Source: Spirochaetota bacterium (GTDB lineage Bacteria > Spirochaetota > B62-G9). Taken from it: DNA of 53,494 nucleotides. A program made the translations under genes and the position numbers. Positions 17,510-25,338 of the stretch are shown one piece after another. The notes under the pieces are model-generated. The model did no database searches, had not been told where the DNA came from, and was given only the letters and a program-made list of their open reading frames with translations. The first letter of the stretch is position 1. Every line of letters begins with the position of its first letter. The stretch spans positions 1 to 53,494 of the forward strand of contig QNBN01000001.1 in assembly GCA_003645695.1 (NCBI GenBank), written 5' to 3'.

Positions 17510-19072
17510 TTGAGTAACGATAATAGCGACCTCGATCCTGAAATTGCTGAACTGCTTGGAATATCTCTGGAACCAGAAGAAAAACCGATTGAATTCTCAG
17601 ATACCGGTAAGCCTATAAACAGAAAGGAACTTAAGGAAATAGATCTAACCAAAATCTTAAAAGATTCTGGTGCATACAACAGAATAATTTCTGAAGCTGG
17701 TGAATACGGTGCAAGGTTTCATAATTTGCTAATAAAGTACACAAAATCGGTTGATAAAGATGAAAAATCTATGTATCGTGAAAAGCTGATTCCCGCCTAC
17801 TGGAATATGCTAGCTGCTCTAATCGATAATCTCTTCGACTACTTAACTGATGAAAAACAAGCCCTGTTTAGATATGGCCTGTTAAAATCTTCATTCATCG
17901 ATGATACTCAAAAAGAGGTTTTACTTCACATAAATAGAAATCCTAAAATACCGGATTTTTATTTTATTGATGAATGGCTCCTTATGGTTGGAAATGGGAC
18001 TATAAAACAGAGTGCGGTAGATGAGACCATAAAAATGAAGAAAAAGTCACCTTCATTTGTTCGGGAGAAACTTGAGAGGAAATTGGGATCCAAAGAAGCA
18101 GAATTAGCAAACCTGAAGCAAAAGGTAGAACAGCATGAAATGCTTGAAAAAAGCTTAAAGAGTAGTGTTTCTATTATTTTAAACCATGAAAGATTATCCG
18201 AATATGGTAATATTATCGCACCTTATACAAATGAACAGAAAAAAGCATTATCGCAAATGCAGGATATTATTAAAGATCTGTTGAAATCTGACAGAGAAAT
18301 AGAGGGAATATATAGACAAATTAGGTATCTTGAAGATGAGATTAGAGATTTGAAACAGAAAGCAGGAGAAGTTGTTGAGGAGCTGAATACAAAAACTGTA
18401 AGAGAAGAGTTTATGACAGTAAGACAGATGATTAAGATGACAGCAGGTAGGCAGGGTAATCATTTTCCATTTCTAATAAAATCATATATGCCTAAAAACA
18501 TCAGGGATGTTGGAGACAAGGAAACCGTAAATAATATTCTCATCGAGGTAGAAAGAATAGATCCAGGTATCTTTATAAGAAGATATAAAAAAAATGAACA
18601 CAGGATAGTTCCGCATATCATTATTGTTCCTTCTTATGGGGATTTTGGTATATGTTGGGAACCATTTGAAAGGATTAATAGGGCTACCAGCAAAGGTAGA
18701 TTAGCAATACCAATGTTTCCCAGGGATATTAAAACAGCTATTTTATATGCTCTTGGCGATTTAAGATGGCAAATAGCTAAAGAAAAAGCTCTGCACCACT
18801 GGATGGAGGAAGGTCTTACTGGCCACTACTATGACTATATCCAAAGCAACAAAATAAAGGGAGATCTAAAAGAATCATTCATTCAGGATTACATACTATG
18901 GATAAAGTATGAGTCACAAGGCCTGCAAAAACTTCACAAAGATGTTAGAGAAATCTTTTGGAGATATATACCATTCCCACAGGAATTAAAAGAAATGCTG
19001 AAAAATAGAGGTTACTACTATGCTGAATTATACAAAAAAGACCAAAATAGAGCATTATCACGAGGCTATTAA
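17510..19072 (+). CDS. Hypothetical protein, 520 aa, with a central coiled-coil region
   Basis: Long ORF with a good RBS and promoter. Acidic N-terminus, heptad-like K/E-rich middle section (about residues 175-300), and a W/Y/H-rich C-terminal domain. No family recognised. Confidence 0.7.
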   Translation: MSNDNSDLDPEIAELLGISLEPEEKPIEFSDTGKPINRKELKEIDLTKILKDSGAYNRIISEAGEYGARFHNLLIKYTKSVDKDEKSMYREKLIPAYWNMLAALIDNLFDYLTDEKQALFRYGLLKSSFIDDTQKEVLLHINRNPKIPDFYFIDEWLLMVGNGTIKQSAVDETIKMKKKSPSFVREKLERKLGSKEAELANLKQKVEQHEMLEKSLKSSVSIILNHERLSEYGNIIAPYTNEQKKALSQMQDIIKDLLKSDREIEGIYRQIRYLEDEIRDLKQKAGEVVEELNTKTVREEFMTVRQMIKMTAGRQGNHFPFLIKSYMPKNIRDVGDKETVNNILIEVERIDPGIFIRRYKKNEHRIVPHIIIVPSYGDFGICWEPFERINRATSKGRLAIPMFPRDIKTAILYALGDLRWQIAKEKALHHWMEEGLTGHYYDYIQSNKIKGDLKESFIQDYILWIKYESQGLQKLHKDVREIFWRYIPFPQELKEMLKNRGYYYAELYKKDQNRALSRGY

Positions 19073-19090
19073 GAATTAAGAGTTTAGCTC

Positions 19091-19945
19091 CTATATTTCT
19101 TCAAGAAACTCCCTTAAATCACTGTACTGTTCTCTTATCTTTTTTAGTGCACGTATCTCAATCTGCCTAATAGTTTCCGGAGATGTATTTAAATCTTCGG
19201 CAATCTGCTTTAATGTATACTTTTTACCGCTAAAAAAGGAATATCTCATGTACAGTACCTTTTTTTCTTTTTCGCTCAAGTTTCTGAGAATTTCGGTTGC
19301 TTTTTCCTTCAAATAGTTCTTTAAAACAATGCGATCAGGGTCATACTTGTTGTCACTTACAAGATTATAAAGATCTTTACCTTCTTCCTTGCCACTAGTT
19401 GACTCAAAAGAAATAACATTATCAGGCAAATTCATAATATTTTTTATTTCATCTTCAGAGAGATCGGTTTCTCTTGCCAGCTCTGAAACCTCTGCATGTC
19501 TTCCCTTCTCCCTAGATATTATATTCTGCACCTTTGATAACCTCCTGAGTTTTTCATCTTTCCTATGCGGAAGCCTTATGAATCTCCCCTTATTTGAAAT
19601 GGCACGCGCAATACTCTGCTTAATCCAGAATGATGCATATGTACTAAACCTCGCCTTTTTTCTAAAATCAAACCTATCAGCTGCCCGTATCAACCCCAAA
19701 TTTCCTTCCTGTATAAGATCGAGCAAGTCCATTCCACGGGTAGCATAGGCCTTTGCAATTTTAACAACCAGCCTTAAATTGGAGTTGATAAGTTTCTCCC
19801 GGGCAGTTTTATCGCCATTTAATATCCTTTTTGAAAGCTCCTGTTCTTCATAAGCAGACAAAAGTTTATCCTTGTTGATATCTTTAAGATAATCTTTCAG
19901 GCTATCTTTTAATTCTGTAAATGTGTTTTTTTCTTTTATTTTCAT
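19091..19945 (-). CDS. RNA polymerase sigma factor, sigma-70 family (RpoS/RpoD-like, about 284 aa)
   Basis: Region 2 (LRLVVKIAKAYATRGMDLLDLIQEGNLGLIRAADRFD, FSTYASFWIKQSI) and region 4 (YTLKQIAEDLNTSPETIRQIEIRALKKIR). The start is taken at the ATG at 19945 (GGAG 8 nt upstream). The 28 hydrophobic residues upstream in the track ORF are probably not translated. Confidence 0.85.
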   Translation of the reverse strand: MKIKEKNTFTELKDSLKDYLKDINKDKLLSAYEEQELSKRILNGDKTAREKLINSNLRLVVKIAKAYATRGMDLLDLIQEGNLGLIRAADRFDFRKKARFSTYASFWIKQSIARAISNKGRFIRLPHRKDEKLRRLSKVQNIISREKGRHAEVSELARETDLSEDEIKNIMNLPDNVISFESTSGKEEGKDLYNLVSDNKYDPDRIVLKNYLKEKATEILRNLSEKEKKVLYMRYSFFSGKKYTLKQIAEDLNTSPETIRQIEIRALKKIREQYSDLREFLEEI

Positions 19946-20294
19946 AAGCACCACTCCAGTACAAATAAGCAATATATATGCCAGATATATAATCAATACC
20001 GAAATTGTAATTAACTGTATATCATGCAATTAAGAAGCCGTTAATTTATAATAATTTTTAATAAAAAAATATGTATGAATTTTTATAACATTATGTCAAT
20101 CATAAAACATAAAGGAACAAATATATTTTAAAAAACACAACTTCTTTAAAAAAAATGAGTTTTTTACCTGAATTTTAAGGGAAATGTGCTATTATAAGAC
20201 ATAAAAAAGCTTACTATAGAGTGTATTATGGGTTAAACTTGTAAACATTGGAGGTTAAAAGGTTTGAAAATAACTAATTAATTAATCTATAGCT

Positions 20295-20318
20295 AATAGG
20301 AATAGAAATAGAAATAGG
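20295..20318. repeat. Tandem hexamer repeat, (AATAGR) x4
   Basis: AATAGG AATAGA AATAGA AATAGG read directly from the sequence. It shares the AATAGG core with the GAATAGGC hairpin elements. Confidence 0.7.
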
Positions 20319-20448
20319 AAAACAATAAAAAAATAGAGAATTTATGCAGTTGTTGTAAATAATTCCGATAAAATATATCTTAATGATGGAGGTGTATACT
20401 AGTTTATAAATTTATGTATACTTTTTTATACTTTTCTAAAAAAACATA

Positions 20449-21438
20449 CTACAAAACTGCCTTTACAGCTTCTATTGCTACCTCTAATTGATCATCAGTG
20501 GGTTCCTTGGTTGTAATTCTTTGTAAAAACAAACCTGGAGCTATGAGGATTTTCATAAAAATAACATTCTTCATTTTATCCGTTATCTTTAAAAGTTCGT
20601 AAGAAACAGAAGCAATAATCGGGAGGGCTATTATAATATGAGAAAGGATCAATATTATTTTTCTCAATGCAAGGTTAAAGTTTACAAAATCAGGGTATAG
20701 CGTTTCGATAGTAACAGTTATAATGGGAAAAATAATAAGTGCAATAAAGAAAACAAAGAATAGAAATGAAGTACCACATCTCGGATGCAAAGTTTTGTAT
20801 TTCCTGGCTTCTTCTACAACAAGGGGTTTTCCTGCTTCATAACAGTAAATTGATTTATGCTCTGCACCATGATACTGAAAGGTTTTTCTGATATCTTTTA
20901 GCAACGAAATTACTAAAATATACAGGATAAACATAGCTAGGCGAATAAAACCAGCTATTAAGTGAAATACAAAGGGGTGAGTCTTTTCAACCACTCCAAT
21001 ATAGTGTGTTGCAAGATTTGGAATAACTATAAATAGAACTATTCCAAGAATAATCGCTGGTATCATGCTGAGAAAAATAAAGATATCAGATCTATTTTTT
21101 TCGCTTTTCTTCCTTTTCTTTTTTTCCTCTTCATCCTCAGGCATAGCTATTTGCGCTGAGTAGAGAAGGGACTTAATACCTAATACAAGATTTTCAATAA
21201 GAGCAACTATTCCCCTTATAAAGGGTGCTTTTAGGATTTTATACTTCTCTACAGGTGTATTTATATCCTTTTTGACTACTTCTATATTACCATCGGGGTT
21301 TCTCACAGCTATAGAATAAATATCCTTATTTCTAATCATCACCCCTTCAATTACAGCTTGGCCGCCAATATGGGGTTTTACTTCGCCTTTTTTATCCGCT
21401 TCTACCTTATTTGATTTAAATGTTCCAAACACAGGCAT
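20449..21438 (-). CDS. DUF1385-family membrane protein
   Basis: IGGQAVIEGVMIR N-terminal motif and YHGAEHK motif typical of DUF1385, with several TM segments. The ATG at 21438 follows AAGGTG by 6 nt; the track GTG at 21447 lies inside that RBS. Confidence 0.8.
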   Translation of the reverse strand: MPVFGTFKSNKVEADKKGEVKPHIGGQAVIEGVMIRNKDIYSIAVRNPDGNIEVVKKDINTPVEKYKILKAPFIRGIVALIENLVLGIKSLLYSAQIAMPEDEEEKKKRKKSEKNRSDIFIFLSMIPAIILGIVLFIVIPNLATHYIGVVEKTHPFVFHLIAGFIRLAMFILYILVISLLKDIRKTFQYHGAEHKSIYCYEAGKPLVVEEARKYKTLHPRCGTSFLFFVFFIALIIFPIITVTIETLYPDFVNFNLALRKIILILSHIIIALPIIASVSYELLKITDKMKNVIFMKILIAPGLFLQRITTKEPTDDQLEVAIEAVKAVL

Positions 21439-21498
21439 ATTGATCACCTTTTATCAAAAATATGTAATATATACGTAATCCAGATACTATGAAATTTT

Positions 21499-21531
21499 AA
21501 TAAAAATGTTTTTACCTGGAACATTTTTATT
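21499..21531 (-). terminator. Intrinsic terminator after rpmE
   Basis: AATAAAAATGTT (21499-21510) pairs with AACATTTTTATT (21520-21531): 12-bp perfect stem, 9-nt loop, with A/T tracts on both sides. It lies 26 nt downstream of the rpmE stop. Confidence 0.6.
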
Positions 21532-21556
21532 GATTTGGATATTCATGAAGGTACTA

Positions 21557-21772
21557 TTATTCAGCCGGAGTTTCTTTTATATTGTACTTCTTCCTGAATC
21601 TCTCAATCCTTCCAGCAGTATCAACTAACTTTTGCTTTCCAGTAAAAAAGGGATGACACGCAGAGCATATCTCAACGTGGGTAATATTAACAGTTGATCT
21701 TGTCTCAATTTTATTTCCACATGCACAAGTTATAACAACCGGTTTATATTCTGGATGTATTCCTTTTTTCAT
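21557..21772 (-). CDS. rpmE: 50S ribosomal protein L31
   Basis: 71 aa. MKKGIHPEY start; CxC...[10 protein letters not shown] zinc-ribbon form. Confidence 0.95.
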   Translation of the reverse strand: MKKGIHPEYKPVVITCACGNKIETRSTVNITHVEICSACHPFFTGKQKLVDTAGRIERFRKKYNIKETPAE

Positions 21773-21837
21773 TATTTGTTTCCTCTTTGACTCTTATAAG
21801 ATTAACCAATACCAAAGTAATATAATAAATAAAAAAT

Positions 21838-21852
21838 AAAGGTGCAACCTTT
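21838..21852 (-). terminator. Intrinsic terminator after rho
   Basis: AAAGGT-GCA-ACCTTT hairpin. On the minus strand it is followed by ATTTTTTATTTATT. It lies 14 nt downstream of the rho stop. Confidence 0.5.
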
Positions 21853-21865
21853 TTTAAACTAAATG

Positions 21866-23431
21866 CTAAAGTGATGTGTTGCTCATCGAGTTATTCATTG
21901 ACTTCAAAAAAGCTGCATTATTTTTTGTTGCCTTCATCTTTTCGATAAGGAGTTCCATAACTTCAACTTCATCCATAGGATGCAGGACCTTACGTAAAAT
22001 CCACAATTTTTGTTGTTCTTCTTCTGTCAGGAGAAGTTCCTCTTTCCTCGTACCGGATTTCCATATATCTATTGCAGGGAATATCCTCCTTTCAACCAAT
22101 CTTCTGTCAAGGTGTATTTCCATATTTCCTGTTCCCTTGAACTCTTCAAAAATTACTTCATCCATCCGACTTCCTGTATCAATCAGAGCAGTAGCAAGAA
22201 TTGTTAAACTTCCACCTTCCTCTATATTTCTTGCAGCTCCAAAAAATCTTTTAGGTTTATGCAGGGCGTTTGAATCTACTCCACCTGAGAGTATCTTTCC
22301 GGATGTTGGAACTACCTGATTATATGCCCTTGCCAATCTGGTTATACTATCAAGGAGAATAACCACATCCTTCTTGTGTTCTACCAATCTCTTTGCTTTT
22401 TCTATTACCATCTCTGCAACCTGAACGTGTCTTGTTGCCGGTTCATCAAAGGTTGAACTTATTACTTCGCCATTTACATTTCTCTCCATATCGGTAACTT
22501 CTTCAGGCCTTTCATCAATCAGAAGCACAATAAGTATAATTTCAGGATGGTTTGTAGTTATTGAGTTTGCAATCTGCTGTAATAGGATGGTTTTTCCAGT
22601 CCTCGGAGGAGCTACAATAAGCCCCCTCTGACCTTTACCAATTGGAGTAAACAGATTTACAATTCGCATTGAAATATTATCAGAAGTTGTTTCAAGGTTT
22701 ATACGTTCATCTGGGTAAAGAGGAGTAAGATTATCAAATAAGATCCTTTTTTGTGCGACTTCAGGATCTTCAAAGTTGACTGCCTCTACTCTCAGTAGTG
22801 CGAAAAACCTCTCATTCTCCTTTGGGGGTCTTACCTGTCCCGAAATAGTATCACCCGTTTTCAATCCAAATAATCTTATTTGTGAGGGTGAAACATATAT
22901 ATCATCAGGTCCGGGAAGATAGTTATAACTCGGAGATCTCAAAAATCCATATCCATCCTGAAGTATTTCAAGAACCCCAGTTGCAAAAATAAGTCCATGC
23001 TTTTCGGTTTGTGCCTGCAGTATAGCAAAAATAAGGTCCTGTTTAGTCATTCTACTGGTACCTTCAATTTTGAACTCCCTGGCAAGAGCTGAGAGTTCAG
23101 ATATGCTCATATTCGCAAGCTCATTAATATTGAGTTTAGCAAAGTTTATCTTCTGTTTATCCTCGTTTCTTCTCCTTGTCTTTTTAACAATGGTTATTTT
23201 TTCAGTTTTTTCCGTCTGTTTTTCTTCTTCACCTGATTCTGAATCTTTTTCTTCTGTTTTTACGGGCAGCTTGGAAATGGGTTCAGCTACTTTCGTGTTA
23301 TCGTTGCTGGGCAATGATTCCTCAATTTTGGTTTCTTCGATAGTTTCAATCTTTTTTTCTGGTTCAACTTTTAACCCACTCTCTTCTTTTTCTTCATTTT
23401 CAATTTTTTGGATTTCATTAATATCTTCCAT
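21866..23431 (-). CDS. rho: Transcription termination factor Rho with a K/E-rich N-terminal extension
   Basis: N-terminal helix bundle ([15 protein letters not shown]...[11 protein letters not shown]), CSD-like RNA-binding domain ([14 protein letters not shown]), Walker A ([15 protein letters not shown]), and a C-terminal ATPase. The ATG at 23431 lies 9 nt after GAGGTG. Confidence 0.93.
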   Translation of the reverse strand: MEDINEIQKIENEEKEESGLKVEPEKKIETIEETKIEESLPSNDNTKVAEPISKLPVKTEEKDSESGEEEKQTEKTEKITIVKKTRRRNEDKQKINFAKLNINELANMSISELSALAREFKIEGTSRMTKQDLIFAILQAQTEKHGLIFATGVLEILQDGYGFLRSPSYNYLPGPDDIYVSPSQIRLFGLKTGDTISGQVRPPKENERFFALLRVEAVNFEDPEVAQKRILFDNLTPLYPDERINLETTSDNISMRIVNLFTPIGKGQRGLIVAPPRTGKTILLQQIANSITTNHPEIILIVLLIDERPEEVTDMERNVNGEVISSTFDEPATRHVQVAEMVIEKAKRLVEHKKDVVILLDSITRLARAYNQVVPTSGKILSGGVDSNALHKPKRFFGAARNIEEGGSLTILATALIDTGSRMDEVIFEEFKGTGNMEIHLDRRLVERRIFPAIDIWKSGTRKEELLLTEEEQQKLWILRKVLHPMDEVEVMELLIEKMKATKNNAAFLKSMNNSMSNTSL

Positions 23432-23685
23432 TTTTCTCATCACCTCTTGTTTATGTTTATATACTTTTATAGTTCAATTTTTAATCAATTGATATTAACA
23501 TCACAATTTCTTTCCAGTTACTTTGATAATATTATTTAAAGAATTTTATAAATAGAATTTTATAATTAAAACAATAAATAAAGCTATCGTGTTATTGATA
23601 AATGCTCAATTTATTGTATCTGTAATACTCAAGATTTATTAGAAAATTAAATCATAGCTAATTTTCCATTTTTGTGTTATAAATA

Positions 23686-23735
23686 GAATAGGCAAACTAA
23701 TTTCTTTGCTTTAATCTAAAGTTTACTTGTCTATT
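23686..23735. repeat. Copy of the GAATAGGC-N35-GTCTATT hairpin element
   Basis: GAATAGGCAAAC (23686-23697) pairs with GTTTACTTGTCTATT (23721-23735). The arm offset is again 43 nt. The 3' half resembles the copy at 8415 (TTACTT..G.CTATT). Confidence 0.5.
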
Positions 23736-23976
23736 AACTTTAAATAATTATTATTTCCCGATTTTTATTCCTTAATGAGGCTCCAAACAAATAGTAATCT
23801 GTATTAACTGGCTTAAATCTTTTCATTAATTAAAATCTGATATATCTTGGAGGTAAAAATTAAGGTTTCATATATTAGTAATAAAGTTTTTCTGCACCAG
23901 AATTTGATATCATTTTGAATATCAAGAATCTAAATAATGACTTAATCTAAATAAATTATAATTTCAGGCATCAACC

Positions 23977-24038
23977 GAATAGGCACTTCTAAATAACTTC
24001 TACAATTTCTAATTTTTTACCCATTACTTAAACTATTC
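23977..24038. repeat. Weaker relative of the GAATAGGC element
   Basis: GAATAGGC at 23977-23984 with only CTATTC (24033-24038) as its complement. The spacing is 55 nt, not 43. Confidence 0.3.
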
Positions 24039-24140
24039 TAAAAATCAGTTAACTATGTTTATCAAAATTGAGAAGAAAACAAAGCAGTTCAATTTGGATT
24101 TTTCTCGCAAACGCTAGAAAACTTTTTAATTTAATTTTTA

Positions 24141-24180
24141 GTTTCTTCCCTTAACCTCGGAAGAAACATATATTTTATTT
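24141..24180 (+). terminator. Orphan intrinsic-terminator-like hairpin on the plus strand
   Basis: GTTTCTTCC (24141-24149) pairs with GGAAGAAAC (24159-24167): 9-bp perfect stem, 9-nt loop, followed by ATATATTTTATTT. No plus-strand ORF of 60 aa or more lies upstream. Confidence 0.45.
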
Positions 24181-24321
24181 AACAATACCTATTTAAAATT
24201 CCCATACTCTTCTATTTAAGATCAGACCTTGTAGTACAAAACAGAGGCCACTTCATCGTAGACATACGGAATGGTTACACTATTAAGTTATGATATTTAC
24301 CTTATATTGTCAATAGTAAAA

Positions 24322-25338
24322 TTAGTTTATCTCAATAAAATTACCAATTTCTTTTATTGATTCTGTTAACTTCTTAAACAAGGGTTTCAACTCATATTCG
24401 ATAACGTCTGCTATTGTAATCAGATCCTCATTATAAAAAGATTCTTCTACTTCTTTCAGGTATTTCGTAATTTTTCCAAAGATACCTTCAATTCCAAAAT
24501 TTTCAAGAAGATCTTTATCGTTTATGTAAATTTCGCCCTTTATAACCTTGAATAAATCTATAATCTCATTTATTATACCAACGAGGGAATATATACCCTG
24601 GTAGGCTTTTAGATCTTCCCCGACCTGGATATTAGTTCCAATATCTTCAAACTTCTTCTCTGTATCTTTACATACACTAAAAATATCCTTCAAAATCTCA
24701 GCAATAAAAGGGATTTCTCCTGTTGTATCTAATTTGAGCTTTGGATAATTCTTTACAATTCCCCATTTGTATATTTTAACTATATACTCATCCATACGAT
24801 TCATTACACTACTAATTGATTCCACAGCTTTCTCATCCAAATACTTTCTTTCATATTCCTTCTTAATCTTGTTCAATTCACCTAATATGTTTTCAAGCCT
24901 CTCATTTCTGCTATTAATTACAACTTCAGCATTTATATTAAGAATTTTTAATGATAATTGCAGGGCTTCAATAATGAGCCCTATCCCTTCAAGAACTTCA
25001 TCATTCCTCTTTATTATCTCTTCTATTCCAGTTTCAAATATTCTCAAGATATTATTTCTAAACTCGTCAATTGTGCTCATTGCATCAAAAGCAAGATCAA
25101 TTTTATTGCTTGTTACTATTTCAACAGTTTTAATTTCCTCTATTTTCATATTACTCTCATTATTATTAACATCATTGTTAAAATTATCAAGATTCAAATC
25201 CCTGTTATTAACTCTTACTGAACGTATTACATTATCACTTTGAGCTATCCATTTTTCCAGATTTCTGATTACATCCCCAAGTTTGCTCTCATTCTCAAGA
25301 GTAAAATCTATACTCTTTTCATTTACTAAAATTTTCAT
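24322..25338 (-). CDS. Hypothetical protein encoded in the flagellar filament operon (338 aa)
   Basis: Its ATG directly abuts the fliD stop (minus strand reads ...GGGGGTAAATAAATG). Acidic, predicted helical, N/I/E/K-rich. No FliS/FliT signature recognised. Confidence 0.75.
   Translation of the reverse strand: MKILVNEKSIDFTLENESKLGDVIRNLEKWIAQSDNVIRSVRVNNRDLNLDNFNNDVNNNESNMKIEEIKTVEIVTSNKIDLAFDAMSTIDEFRNNILRIFETGIEEIIKRNDEVLEGIGLIIEALQLSLKILNINAEVVINSRNERLENILGELNKIKKEYERKYLDEKAVESISSVMNRMDEYIVKIYKWGIVKNYPKLKLDTTGEIPFIAEILKDIFSVCKDTEKKFEDIGTNIQVGEDLKAYQGIYSLVGIINEIIDLFKVIKGEIYINDKDLLENFGIEGIFGKITKYLKEVEESFYNEDLITIADVIEYELKPLFKKLTESIKEIGNFIEIN

Noticed and set aside
19946-20029. Hydrophobic 28-aa N-terminal extension that would make the second sigma factor membrane-anchored
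   Set aside because: The internal ATG at 19945 has a well-spaced GGAG, and the protein from that point is a complete sigma factor. The upstream ATG has no RBS, so the extension is probably an ORF-calling artefact.
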